Assembly (NCBI GenBank): GCA_035559535.1
Contig: DATMBG010000010.1
Coordinates: 25,832-89,831 of the forward strand
Length of the DNA: 64,000 bases
Source of the DNA: Candidatus Limnocylindrales bacterium
GTDB lineage: Bacteria; Moduliflexota; Moduliflexia; Moduliflexales; JAUQPW01
Reading direction: 5' to 3'
The position numbers were made by a program, and so were the translations under genes. The notes beneath the pieces were generated by a model. It ran no database searches, was not told where the DNA came from, and saw only the letters and a program-made list of their open reading frames with translations. How positions within the stretch are numbered: the first letter of the stretch is position 1; every line of letters starts with the position of its first letter. Shown piece by piece: positions 48,108 to 57,087 of the stretch.

Positions 48108-49901
48108 ATGCGTAAACGAATTCATTTTTCTGTTTGGTATTTATTGGGAGTTTTTCTTCTTCTTGCCATCGTTCATGGTTTTGTTAACTCCCAAAGTGCC
48201 GAACAGATCCCTTACAGCAAATTTAAAGAGTATCTGAATAAAGGTCGGGTTAAGTCTGTTTATATTGGAGTCGATATCATTCACGGCGAGGTTATAAGCG
48301 AGGAAGGGGGTCGGAAGGGAAAACCTTTTGTGGTGGCCAAAGTAGACGATCCGGATCTTGTAAGGGAGTTGGAAAAGAATAAGGTAGAATATGCCGGACA
48401 GTTTGAGAACCCCTGGGTCAAGGAACTGGTCTCCTGGGTTCTTCCTATGTTGATTCTCTTTGCTGTATGGATCGTTGTTTTCAAAAAAGTCGGACCCGGG
48501 GGGAGTATAATGTCGTTTGCGAAAACGAAAGCGAAGCTTTATTCTAAAGATGAAACGAACGTAACCTTTGATGACGTGGCCGGTGTCGAAGAAGCCAAAG
48601 AAGAGCTCATAGAGCTAATTGACTTTTTAAAAAATCCGGAAAAGTTTCGAAATCTTGGAGGTAGAGTTCCCAAGGGGTTTCTTCTGATCGGCCCACCGGG
48701 AACTGGTAAGACTTTATTGGCCAGGGCGGTAGCCGGAGAGGCCAAAGTACCTTTTTTCAGTATGAGCGGATCCGAGTTTGTTGAGATGTTTGTAGGGGTA
48801 GGAGCCGCCAGGGTTCGGGATCTTTTTCATCAGGCCCAGCAAAAGGCTCCCTGTATTATTTTTATTGATGAACTGGATGCCCTGGGTAAGACCCGGGGTG
48901 GGAGCTCCATCGGTGGTCATGATGAACGGGAACAGACCTTGAACCAGCTTTTGGTAGAGATGGATGGATTTGATTCCCGAAAAGGGATCATTGTTATGGC
49001 TGCAACGAACCGTCCTGAGATTTTGGATCCGGCTCTGCTACGACCTGGGAGATTCGATCGTCAAATTTTAGTAGACCGTCCGGATATCAATGGTCGAGAA
49101 AAAATTCTTCAGGTCCATGCCCGGCAGGTAAAATTAGGAAAAGAGGTGGATCTCCGCGTTATAGCCTCTCGAACCCCTGGGTTTGTGGGGGCAGATCTGG
49201 CCAATGTAGTCAATGAAGCGGCTCTGTTGGGGGCTCGACGGAATAAATCTGAGGTCGGTATGCCGGAACTTGAAGAAGCCATAGATCGCGTGGTTGCAGG
49301 ATTGGAAAAGAAAAGCCGGATTATGAGTAAAAAGGAAAGGGAAATCGTGGCCTACCATGAATCTGGTCATGCTTTGGTGGCCGCCTTTCTTCCCCATACT
49401 GACCCGGTTCATAAAGTTTCGATTATTCCCCGGGGTATTGCCGCCCTGGGCTATACCCAGTACCTGCCCGGGGAAGATCGCTATTTAATGACAAAATCCG
49501 AACTCCTCGATCGGCTTTGTGTAGCTCTGGGAGGCCGGGTAGCCGAAGAGATCATCTTCGGTGAGGTTTCGACCGGGGCCCATGACGACCTCCAAAAGGC
49601 TACCCAGATTGCCCGAAGAATGGTCAAAGAATTTGGTATGAGTGAGCGGTTGGGGCTCGTAACCTTTGAACGGGAAAGAAAATCTCTATTTTTAGATAAT
49701 GGATTAGGAGTTGGAAAAGACTATAGCGAGCAAACGGCCTATGAAATAGACCTGGAGGTCAAGAGACTTATCGATGAAACCTATGATCGGGTCAAGGAGA
49801 TTCTGGAAACCCATCGAGATAAACTAGAGCACCTGGCTAAAGTTTTGTTGGAAAAGGAGGTTGTGGAAGGCGAGGAGTTTAAACGCATTATCGCTTTGTA
49901 A
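48108..49901 (+). CDS. ftsH: ATP-dependent zinc metalloprotease FtsH
   Basis: TM anchor, AAA+ ([23 protein letters not shown]-like Walker B) and the HESGHAL zinc site; 597 aa. Confidence 0.9.
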   Translation: MRKRIHFSVWYLLGVFLLLAIVHGFVNSQSAEQIPYSKFKEYLNKGRVKSVYIGVDIIHGEVISEEGGRKGKPFVVAKVDDPDLVRELEKNKVEYAGQFENPWVKELVSWVLPMLILFAVWIVVFKKVGPGGSIMSFAKTKAKLYSKDETNVTFDDVAGVEEAKEELIELIDFLKNPEKFRNLGGRVPKGFLLIGPPGTGKTLLARAVAGEAKVPFFSMSGSEFVEMFVGVGAARVRDLFHQAQQKAPCIIFIDELDALGKTRGGSSIGGHDEREQTLNQLLVEMDGFDSRKGIIVMAATNRPEILDPALLRPGRFDRQILVDRPDINGREKILQVHARQVKLGKEVDLRVIASRTPGFVGADLANVVNEAALLGARRNKSEVGMPELEEAIDRVVAGLEKKSRIMSKKEREIVAYHESGHALVAAFLPHTDPVHKVSIIPRGIAALGYTQYLPGEDRYLMTKSELLDRLCVALGGRVAEEIIFGEVSTGAHDDLQKATQIARRMVKEFGMSERLGLVTFERERKSLFLDNGLGVGKDYSEQTAYEIDLEVKRLIDETYDRVKEILETHRDKLEHLAKVLLEKEVVEGEEFKRIIAL

Positions 49902-49905
49902 TTCG

Positions 49906-50041
49906 TCTGTTGCCCATTGTCTGTTGTCCATTGTTTTCTGAGGTAGGGTAAAAGGCTTGAGTTAATTTAACCGGGCAGAGAAAACCCAAAGGGGTTACCC
50001 TAAACCCGCAACGGACAACGGACAGCGGACAATGGACAACC
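49906..50041. repeat. long structured inverted repeat made of tandem TGTCCAT/TGTCCGT-like heptamers (GTTGCCCATTGTCTGTTGTCCATTG ... CAACGGACAACGGACAGCGGACAATGGACAAC) with inner stem TAGGGTAA/TTACCCTA
   Basis: Read directly from the sequence immediately after the ftsH stop. Confidence 0.6.
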
Positions 50042-50044
50042 CAG

Positions 50045-51031
50045 GTGATACCTAAGACCCTCTTCTTTTTATTGCTTGAAATTGTTTTAGTTGTCTGTCA
50101 GGCCTGTACGGCAAAAAAAGCCCCTCCTCCCTTTGTAATTCCAAATATTGTGGATGCAACCATTTCTTTAAAGGATGTTCCTTCAGATTTTGTTCTTAAC
50201 CCGAAAACAAATACCCTTTATGTGGCTTATAGTCAAATTCCGGAAATTGCTGTCGTGGACTTGACTAACCGGAATGTCCTTCGTACCATTTCTCTTCGCC
50301 AACCGGCCAGTGCTTTGGTCCTTAATTCTGAAGATAACCTTCTCTATCTTCTCAGCCTGAAGCCTCCTCTTTTTCAGGTCGTTCATTTAGAAAACGATAC
50401 GATTCTGCCGGCCCTTTTATTACCCCATAAACCTACCTCCATGGCGACCAATCCAACAACCCATAAAATCTACATAACCCATCAAAACGATGAAAAGGTT
50501 TCCGTGATCGATGGGCTTACCTATCAAGTTACAACCGAAATCAAAGTCGGCTCTAAACCGACCGGAATTGCCATAAACTCGCGAACCAATCAGATTTATG
50601 TGGCCAACACCGAAGACGATACCCTATCGGTTATCGATGGGGAAAGCGATAAAGTTATTGCAACGATTCCCGTAGAAAGTAGGCCTTCCCATTTGGTGGT
50701 TAATCCCCTAACTAAAAAGATTTATGTTACCAATTCCCGGAGTAACACGCTCTCTGTAATCAACGGGGATACTCATAAAGTGGATGGGATTCTGGCCGTT
50801 GAAGAAAGTCCTTATGGAATGGACCTTAACCTAAAAAATAACTTACTCTATGTGGCCAACCGGAAGAGCCAGACTATTTCGGTGATTAACAGTCTTTCCA
50901 ATCGGATTTTAACCGCCTTTCCCGCAGGGCGTGACCCTCTTAAACTGGTTATTAACCCGGAAACGAACGATCTTTACTTTACCAACAAAGGCCAATCTCT
51001 CATTTTGATGGTTCACATTCAGGTGAAATGA
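50045..51031 (+). CDS. YVTN-family beta-propeller repeat protein, probable lipoprotein/periplasmic
   Basis: Seven ~40-aa repeats with ..LYV.N..S.T.SVID... and a hydrophobic N-terminus ending VCQAC. Start uncertain (GTG at 50045). Confidence 0.6.
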   Translation: MIPKTLFFLLLEIVLVVCQACTAKKAPPPFVIPNIVDATISLKDVPSDFVLNPKTNTLYVAYSQIPEIAVVDLTNRNVLRTISLRQPASALVLNSEDNLLYLLSLKPPLFQVVHLENDTILPALLLPHKPTSMATNPTTHKIYITHQNDEKVSVIDGLTYQVTTEIKVGSKPTGIAINSRTNQIYVANTEDDTLSVIDGESDKVIATIPVESRPSHLVVNPLTKKIYVTNSRSNTLSVINGDTHKVDGILAVEESPYGMDLNLKNNLLYVANRKSQTISVINSLSNRILTAFPAGRDPLKLVINPETNDLYFTNKGQSLILMVHIQVK

Positions 51032-51050
51032 AGGTAAGAGAAAACAGAGA

Positions 51051-51113
51051 TCAGGAGTCCGGAGTTAGAAGGTAAAAAGATCTTCCGGTTTCTGACTCCT
51101 GACCTTTCGTTTT
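51051..51113 (+). terminator. two-tier hairpin (TCAGGAGTC...GACTCCTGA with inner CCGGA...TCCGG) followed by CCTTTCGTTTT, ending at the threonine dehydratase start codon
   Basis: Read directly from the sequence. Confidence 0.4.
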
Positions 51114-52091
51114 ATGAGACAGTCCTTATATCGACCAACCCTCCAGGATGTTCTGCAGGCAAAGAAAATTATAGCTCGATATCTGTTAAGAACGCCACTC
51201 CATTACTATGCTTCCCTCTCCCAGCTGTTGGGAGCCGAAGTCTATGTAAAACATGAAAATCATCAGCCTATTGGAGCTTTTAAGATTCGAGGGGGTATTT
51301 ATCTTCTCTCTCAGTTGAGCCCGGAAGAGCGAAGTCGGGGGGTTATCACAGCCTCTTCAGGAAATCACGGGCAATCCATCGCCTATGCCTCCAAACTTTT
51401 CGGGGTGAGAGCGATCATTGTGTGTCCTGAAAATGCCAACCCAGATAAAATGGAAGCCATAAAAAATATGGGAGCCGAACTCCTCTTCCATGGGAGAGAG
51501 TTCGATGATTCTCGGATTTATGCCGAACAAATCGCCCAAGAAAAGGGTTACCGATATATCCATGCCGGAGATGAGCCATTGTTGATTGCTGGCGTAGGAA
51601 CGATTCATCTGGAAATCCTGGAAGACCTGCCCAATGCCGAAGTGATCATTACCCCCATTGGAGGCGGAAGTGGGGCTGCGGGGGCCTGTACGGTGGTTAA
51701 AGCGATTAACCCGGCGATACGAGTTATCGGAGTTCAGGCTGAACAGGCCCCCGCGGTCTATCTCTCCTGGAAGGAGGGGCGTGAGGTGATTCGTCCTTCT
51801 ATGACTTCTTTTGAAGGTCTGGCAACTCGATCCCCGTTTAAACTTCCCCTGGGAATTTTGAGGGATTTTCTGGATGATTTTTTAGTGGTGAGTGAAGAGG
51901 AGATTGAACGGGCCATTTTAATCCTGTTAGAAAAAACCCACAATCTGGTAGAGGGAGCCGGAGCTTCTCCGCTGGCGGCGGCCTTAAAAATTCGAGAGTC
52001 CCTGGTCGGGAAAAAAGTGGTTCTCGTTATGAGTGGCGGAAATATAACCCTTTCCGGGCTACGGAACCTGTTAATAAAACATCTGAAGTAG
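51114..52091 (+). CDS. PLP-dependent threonine/serine dehydratase (fold-type II, IlvA/TdcB/serine-racemase-like)
   Basis: PLP-lysine motif AFKIRGG, SSGNHGQSIAYAS and a Gly-rich IGGGSGAAG loop; 325 aa. Confidence 0.75.
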   Translation: MRQSLYRPTLQDVLQAKKIIARYLLRTPLHYYASLSQLLGAEVYVKHENHQPIGAFKIRGGIYLLSQLSPEERSRGVITASSGNHGQSIAYASKLFGVRAIIVCPENANPDKMEAIKNMGAELLFHGREFDDSRIYAEQIAQEKGYRYIHAGDEPLLIAGVGTIHLEILEDLPNAEVIITPIGGGSGAAGACTVVKAINPAIRVIGVQAEQAPAVYLSWKEGREVIRPSMTSFEGLATRSPFKLPLGILRDFLDDFLVVSEEEIERAILILLEKTHNLVEGAGASPLAAALKIRESLVGKKVVLVMSGGNITLSGLRNLLIKHLK

Positions 52092-52351
52092 AAAATGTTT
52101 GACAAATTTTAAGGAAATCACTATGCTGTATTTTGTGTTTGTCCCTAACATTATATAGCTTCAGACAGATTACCCCGCCTTTTTTAGGTAAGGACCTGAT
52201 GAACTTCCTCCTGAGAAAACTGGTGGCTTTACTTCTGAAACTATATAATTCTTTCTTAACGTCTTTAAATGTATCAGCTCAGGGCATGAAAGATCCCTAC
52301 GGGTCAGTTCATTTCCATGGGCTGAAGATCGACTCTTTGAAGGAGATGTTC

Positions 52352-53359
52352 ATGCAAAGAATTATCCGTGCTGGCTTAGTCTTTGCCTTGGTTTTTACTC
52401 TGGGAGGGCTGATGATCTTAGCCCAGGAATCCCAAAAAACAACCGAACCTCAACAAAATCCTCCAGAAGCTCCAAAATCCGAAGCTGCCAAATCCGGAAT
52501 CGCTGCCAAGGTTAACGACCATGTCATTACTACCGAGGAGGTAGATTTCTTTTTGAATCGAGTTTTATCCAGGCTCAAAGCCAGGAATCAAGGCCAGGAG
52601 GTGCCTCCTGAACGGGTAGCCGAGGTCCGCAAGGATTTGATCAACCGGCTTATTACCCAGGAAGTCCTCCTCCAGGAAGCCCAAAAAGAAAACGTGACGG
52701 TTTCCGATGAAGAGGTCAACGAAGCCGTTACCGCCATTCAAAATCAAGGCACCGATGTGGAGTTGGATAAATTAAAACCTCTGGTGACCAAAAACCTCAT
52801 TGTGGATAAGCTGGTCCAACAAAATATCATCTCTAAAGTCGATATAAGTGATCAGCAGGCCGAAGAGTATTACAAGGACAAGGAAGAGCAATTTAAACAT
52901 CCAGAACAGGTTAAAGCCAGCCATATTTTAATTCGGGTTGATCCCAATGCCCCTCCAGAAAAGAAAGAAGAAGCCAAAAAGAAAATCAACCAGGTGTTAA
53001 ATGAAGCAAAGTCCGGTAAAGATTTTACGGAACTGGCCAAGAAGTACTCGGAAGAGCCTGGTGCTGCGGAAACCGGTGGAGATCTTGGATACTTTGGTCG
53101 CGGCGCGATGGTCCCTCCCTTTGAAGAAGCCGCCTTTAAATTGAAACCAGGAGAAATAAGCGATATCGTGGAAACCCAATTCGGCTACCATATCATCAAG
53201 CTTACAGATCGGCGAGAAGCCGGAGTGACTCCCTTCCCGGAAGTTAAAGAAGATATCAAATCCAATCTCAAACAAGAACGGATTCGCGAAGAGGTTACCA
53301 AATGGATTGAAGAGCTTAAATCCAAGGCCAAAATCGAGGTGGTAGAAAACCCGAAATAG
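52352..53359 (+). CDS. SurA/PrsA-like periplasmic parvulin-type peptidyl-prolyl isomerase
   Basis: Signal peptide MQRIIRAGLVFALVFTLG preceded by AGGAG; C-terminal parvulin domain (ASHILIRV ... GGDLGYFGRGAMVPPFEEAAF ... GYHIIKL). The track ORF starts earlier at 52133. Confidence 0.7.
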   Translation: MQRIIRAGLVFALVFTLGGLMILAQESQKTTEPQQNPPEAPKSEAAKSGIAAKVNDHVITTEEVDFFLNRVLSRLKARNQGQEVPPERVAEVRKDLINRLITQEVLLQEAQKENVTVSDEEVNEAVTAIQNQGTDVELDKLKPLVTKNLIVDKLVQQNIISKVDISDQQAEEYYKDKEEQFKHPEQVKASHILIRVDPNAPPEKKEEAKKKINQVLNEAKSGKDFTELAKKYSEEPGAAETGGDLGYFGRGAMVPPFEEAAFKLKPGEISDIVETQFGYHIIKLTDRREAGVTPFPEVKEDIKSNLKQERIREEVTKWIEELKSKAKIEVVENPK

Positions 53360-53505
53360 GACGGACTGCAAGCGCGGTTTTTTCTCTTGACAAACGAAGG
53401 CTTCCATTCTATCAATACCTTTGTACCCTGGTTCATAATCTCATTTTCACAATTTCCTTTTAGAGTTGTTAACAGAATGGAAACAACCAACCAAGGAGGT
53501 GCTTA

Positions 53506-54111
53506 ATGATGAGCCCAAAAGCCTTTGCGAAGCGTATTGTAACCTTGGGGATAGCCCTGGGGATGCTGGGAGTCTTCGGAACTTATGTAACCTATGCTGG
53601 TAATTTAGAACCCATTAAAACCAAGACCCACCTTAAAGTGGGAGATCCGGCCCCTGACTTTACCTTACCAGCTTCCATGCCTCTGGATGGAAAAGATAAA
53701 ATTACCCTGTCTGATTTTAAGGGAAAAAAGAACGTAGTTCTTTCGTTCCATGTTTTGGACTGGACCCCCACCTGAACCCAGCAGGTTTCTTCATTCCAGA
53801 AAGAATTATCTCGGTTTGAAGAAAAAAATGCCCAGGTACTGGGTATCAGTGCAGACAGCGTATTTGCACATAAGGTATGGGCGGAATCTTTGGGTCTAAA
53901 ATATCCTCTACTGAGTGATTATAACAATGAAGTAGCTAAGAAATACGGGATTTTCCGTAATGAGGATTTTGCAGGAACGGCCAGGATTCCCAACGAACGG
54001 GCCATTTTTGTCGTTGATAAAAATGGAATTATCCAGTACGTCAATGTAGGGCCGATTACAGAAGTACCCAATGTGGAAGAGGTATTAAAAGTGTTGGATA
54101 CCTTGAAATAA
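53506..54111 (+). CDS. selenocysteine-containing BCP/PrxQ-type peroxiredoxin (in-frame TGA at 53773-53775 at the peroxidatic Cys position), N-terminal signal/anchor
   Basis: Track ORFs 53506-53775 and 53890-54111 are in the same frame and separated only by the TGA. Read-through gives ...VVLSFHVLDWTPT-U-TQQVSSF...GISADSVFAHKVWAESLGLKYPLLSD, matching the BCP motif FYPKAxTPGCT. A hairpin sits 11 nt downstream. Confidence 0.65.
53786..53824 (+). promoter_or_regulatory. candidate bacterial SECIS hairpin (TTTCTTCA-23 nt-TGAAGAAA) starting 11 nt after the UGA
   Basis: Perfect 8-bp stem 53786-53793 / 53817-53824. The spacing matches the fdhF-type SECIS placement. Confidence 0.4.
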
Positions 54112-54161
54112 AAGATCTCCATTTCTGTAAGTTTCCCTTATTAAGATCTTTACTTATAAGA

Positions 54162-54191
54162 AGCCGATGTTTAAAAACATCGGCTTTTTTT
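54162..54191 (+). terminator. intrinsic terminator AGCCGATGTTT-aa-AAACATCGGCT + TTTTTT after the peroxiredoxin gene
   Basis: 11-bp stem followed by a 6-T run. Confidence 0.7.
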
Positions 54192-55243
54192 GTAAAAGAG
54201 GAAAGACCCTTCCTCTTTGCCCCCCGGTTTTGTTTTAGAATGGAACATCCTTCCCTGACTGGCTTAAAATGGAACTGGTTGACGAAAATTATCCTTTTAC
54301 CGGAAAAGGGCTTAGGGATGAAGTTGGAATGTGTCAATAACGAACTTGCAAGTGTCTTCAGAAGGATTCCCCTGACCCCTTTCCTATTTTCCCTCATTCC
54401 CTCAACGGTGGGATAAAAGGGCCAAAATCCTAAAATATCCTCCGATAGGTATAAAGTTTGCAGGATTTAAGGTGACAAATGATAATTTGGCTGCTGAGTT
54501 ACGTTTGTTCTTCTATGAGTGCGGCGGAAATGGTATTCAGCAGCCGCTTTATCATTAACTAGGAAGGACATCCTCCCAGAGGGATTTTTTATCAACTTCC
54601 TGAAGTGTTGGAGGAAAGCTATGAAATATTAAGCCAGAAACTGAATTATTCCTCTAACAAAGTGATAGAAGTAAAGGTGCAGAGTACGACAGCGAGTTCT
54701 ATCCGGTCAGCGAGTAAACCGGGTGGGCGGCCGTTACCTATAAGGTCTCCCCTATAGTTCTTCAACCCCTTAAGATGCTGCGAAAGAAAGGCATTTTACA
54801 TTTGACGCTCTTTCCTCAACTAACCCAGATACTTGTTCATAAAATTTCTCGAGGATGCGGTCCTTTCTGGCTTCATGGGGCTTTAACCCTCCACTTTTCT
54901 GGAGAAGGTCTGACCTTGCTGAGAAGGTATAAAAGTCGGCTCCTGGAAGGAAGGAATACCCCTGGCATAATACCTCTCCTGTCTATTGGCGTCCTTGAAG
55001 AGAATTTAAAAAATCGGAAGGAGCAAAAATCATCTGAATTGGCTTACTTACAAGCTTATGTATTATTCCGGTGCCTGCTTAAGCACAAGAAGGAAATAAA
55101 AAGACTTCTTGACAAATTAAATGAAATTGATACAAAAGGTACGGACTCTTCTCCAGATGGCTTTTTGAGAGGGGAAAGCCTTCTGGCTGGCTGTAAACTT
55201 GATTCATCCAATTCCGGAAGTTCATGAAATCACGTTGACTTTT

Positions 55244-55273
55244 CCAAGATTCAGTAGTAAGATATGATATCTT
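55244..55273 (+). promoter_or_regulatory. putative promoter (TTGACT-N17-TAAGAT) overlapped by a 15-bp palindrome AAGATATgATATCTT (55259-55273)
   Basis: Read directly from the sequence, about 45 nt upstream of the HTH-REC gene start. Confidence 0.35.
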
Positions 55274-55318
55274 GGTAAAGATGGTGAAAAATGAACTTTG
55301 CGTAAAAGGAGTGTAGCT

Positions 55319-55885
55319 ATGTTTTATAAATTAATGACTGTAAATGACTTGAAAGATTATTTACGTTTAGATAGAAGGACCTTATATAGACTGATTAAAG
55401 AAAACCGCATTCCGGCTATTAAAGTAAGTGGTCAATGGAGATTCCGTAAAGAGCAAATCGATGAATGGTTGGAAAACCAGCAAAATCTACCCAAACAGGA
55501 TCTCAGACCCAAAAAAAGAATTCTCGTAGTGGATGATGAAGAAGAAGTTCGAGATGTCATTCAGAAAGCCCTTTCCAAATCTGGTGAGTATCGAGTCGAT
55601 ACGGCCAGCAGTGGCAGTCAGGCTTTAGACCTCCTCCAAAAATCTACTTATCATTTGATGTTTGTCGATATTAAAATGCCCGGTATGGATGGTTTAGAGC
55701 TCATTAAAAAGGCAAAGGATCTCCATAAAGATATTAAAACGGTGGTTATAACCGGTTATCCTTCGAAAGAAAATGCCATTGAAGCCCTTAACCTGGGAGT
55801 GACCAGCTATCTGGAAAAGCCTCTGGACGACATCAATCAGGTTCTTCATGTAACCAACAGGATTTTTGAGCCGTCTCTTAATTAA
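55319..55885 (+). CDS. response regulator with N-terminal excisionase-family HTH and C-terminal receiver domain
   Basis: MTVNDLKDYLRLDRRTLYRLIKENRIPAIKVSGQWRF (HTH_17-like), then ILVVDDEEEVR...MFVDIKMPGMDG (REC). Start chosen at the ATG 8 nt after AAGGAG. Confidence 0.65.
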   Translation: MFYKLMTVNDLKDYLRLDRRTLYRLIKENRIPAIKVSGQWRFRKEQIDEWLENQQNLPKQDLRPKKRILVVDDEEEVRDVIQKALSKSGEYRVDTASSGSQALDLLQKSTYHLMFVDIKMPGMDGLELIKKAKDLHKDIKTVVITGYPSKENAIEALNLGVTSYLEKPLDDINQVLHVTNRIFEPSLN

Positions 55886-55923
55886 GCTGTTTCGATAAAA
55901 ACCCTTTACAGCTAAAAACAATT

Positions 55924-55980
55924 AAAGTCGCTGCTATGATACAGACCCTACAGGGTATAGTAGCGACTTTATTTGTTTTG
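55924..55980 (+). terminator. long hairpin AAAGTCGCTGCTAT...ATAGTAGCGACTTT + ATTTGTTTTG
   Basis: Read directly from the sequence after the HTH-REC stop. Confidence 0.55.
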
Positions 55981-56023
55981 GGCTGCTGCCAGTACACTGT
56001 TACCTTAATTTTGACCTCATAGG

Positions 56024-56135
56024 ACTGCTTTCACTCCCCAGCTCCCCTAGCCCCCAGTTCCCCCTCTGTAGGGGCGGGAGGCCTCCCGCCCCTACTGGGG
56101 GGACAGGGGGTGAGGGGAGAGGGGCCGGGGGTGAA
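56024..56135. repeat. GC-rich REP-like composite element with nested palindromes (CCCCTCTGTAGGGG, GGCGGGAGGCCTCCCGCC, GGGGTGAGGGGAGAGGGG)
   Basis: Read directly from the sequence; same family as 2957 and 21396. Confidence 0.6.
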
Positions 56136-56325
56136 GGACCACTTAAACGTTAAACAAAACTAAATAAACAATGTACTAGCCGGTAAATTATTTATAATAA
56201 AAATTTTCCCATCGGATCCCCTCCTTTCACCCGGCTAAATTAATTTTCTAAAGTACCCCTGAGGGGGAAGCATTTTTTGTTCCTTTCTAAAGAATTCATC
56301 CCTGGCTGTTTTAGTGTTTCCACCC

Positions 56326-56354
56326 TTGACAGAGCGAGGGTTTAACCCGATAAT
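56326..56354 (+). promoter_or_regulatory. consensus-like sigma-70 promoter TTGACA-N17-GATAAT upstream of clpP
   Basis: -35 at 56326-56331 and -10 at 56349-56354, about 90 nt upstream of the clpP ATG. Confidence 0.5.
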
Positions 56355-56442
56355 GAAATAGCATCTTACGACACTTTTCTTTTGGGATATCTCTTAATCT
56401 GGCAAAGTTTTCTTTGCCGGGTTGAGGAAAAGGAGATAGAAA

Positions 56443-57051
56443 ATGTCCACCATATATCCTGTTCAAAATCAGGTTGTTATTCCCTGGGTGGTTGAAGAAA
56501 CCGGACGAGGTGAGCGAACCTACGATATTTATTCACGATTATTAAAAGATCGAATCATTTTCTTAGGAACTCCCATAGACGATAATATTGCCAATGTTAT
56601 TATTGCCCAGATGCTTTTTTTAGAAGCCGAGGATCCGGATAAGGACATCCATCTTTACATTAACAGTCCTGGAGGGTGGGTTACTTCCGGTTTAGCCATT
56701 TATGATGCCATGCAATATATCAAACCGGATGTTTCCACCATCTGTGTAGGTCAGGCGGCAAGTATGGGGGCTGTCCTCCTGGCTGCCGGGACTAAAGGGA
56801 AACGATTTGCTCTTCCCCATGCGAGGATTATGCTCCATCAACCCTCTGGAGGGTTTGAGGGGCAGGCTTCGGATATTGCCATTCAAGCCCGGGAAATCCT
56901 TCGGATTCGGGAAGCCCTCAACGAGATTCTCTACCGCCACACTGGACAGTCTCTGGACAAAATCCGGGCTGACACCGAGCGAGATTACTTCATGTCCCCG
57001 GAGCAGGCTATCGAATATGGAATCATTGATAAAATGATCGAACGGAAGTAA
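56443..57051 (+). CDS. clpP: ATP-dependent Clp protease proteolytic subunit
   Basis: [27 protein letters not shown], the catalytic Ser in GQAASMGA and His in HQP; 202 aa; AAGGAG RBS. Confidence 0.9.
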   Translation: MSTIYPVQNQVVIPWVVEETGRGERTYDIYSRLLKDRIIFLGTPIDDNIANVIIAQMLFLEAEDPDKDIHLYINSPGGWVTSGLAIYDAMQYIKPDVSTICVGQAASMGAVLLAAGTKGKRFALPHARIMLHQPSGGFEGQASDIAIQAREILRIREALNEILYRHTGQSLDKIRADTERDYFMSPEQAIEYGIIDKMIERK

Positions 57052-57087
57052 AGATGTTCTGAGTCTGTAGTCCGTTGTTAAAAGCTG

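Noticed and set aside
53506-54111. Interpreting the two peroxiredoxin fragments as a pseudogene disrupted by a nonsense mutation.
   Set aside because: The stop is TGA, it falls precisely on the peroxidatic Cys codon, both halves are otherwise intact and in frame, and a hairpin starts 11 nt downstream. Sec recoding is the more parsimonious reading, and pseudogene status is left as the refutation condition.
54162-54780. tRNA, tmRNA, RNase P or SRP RNA in the gene-poor regions (33735-34210, 35081-35910, 54112-55297).
   Set aside because: I looked for T-loop GTTCRANYC, the tmRNA tag/3' end, the RNase P GGAAAGTCCGGGCT and the SRP GGAAGGAAGCAGC signatures and found none. The regions are reported only as unassigned candidates.
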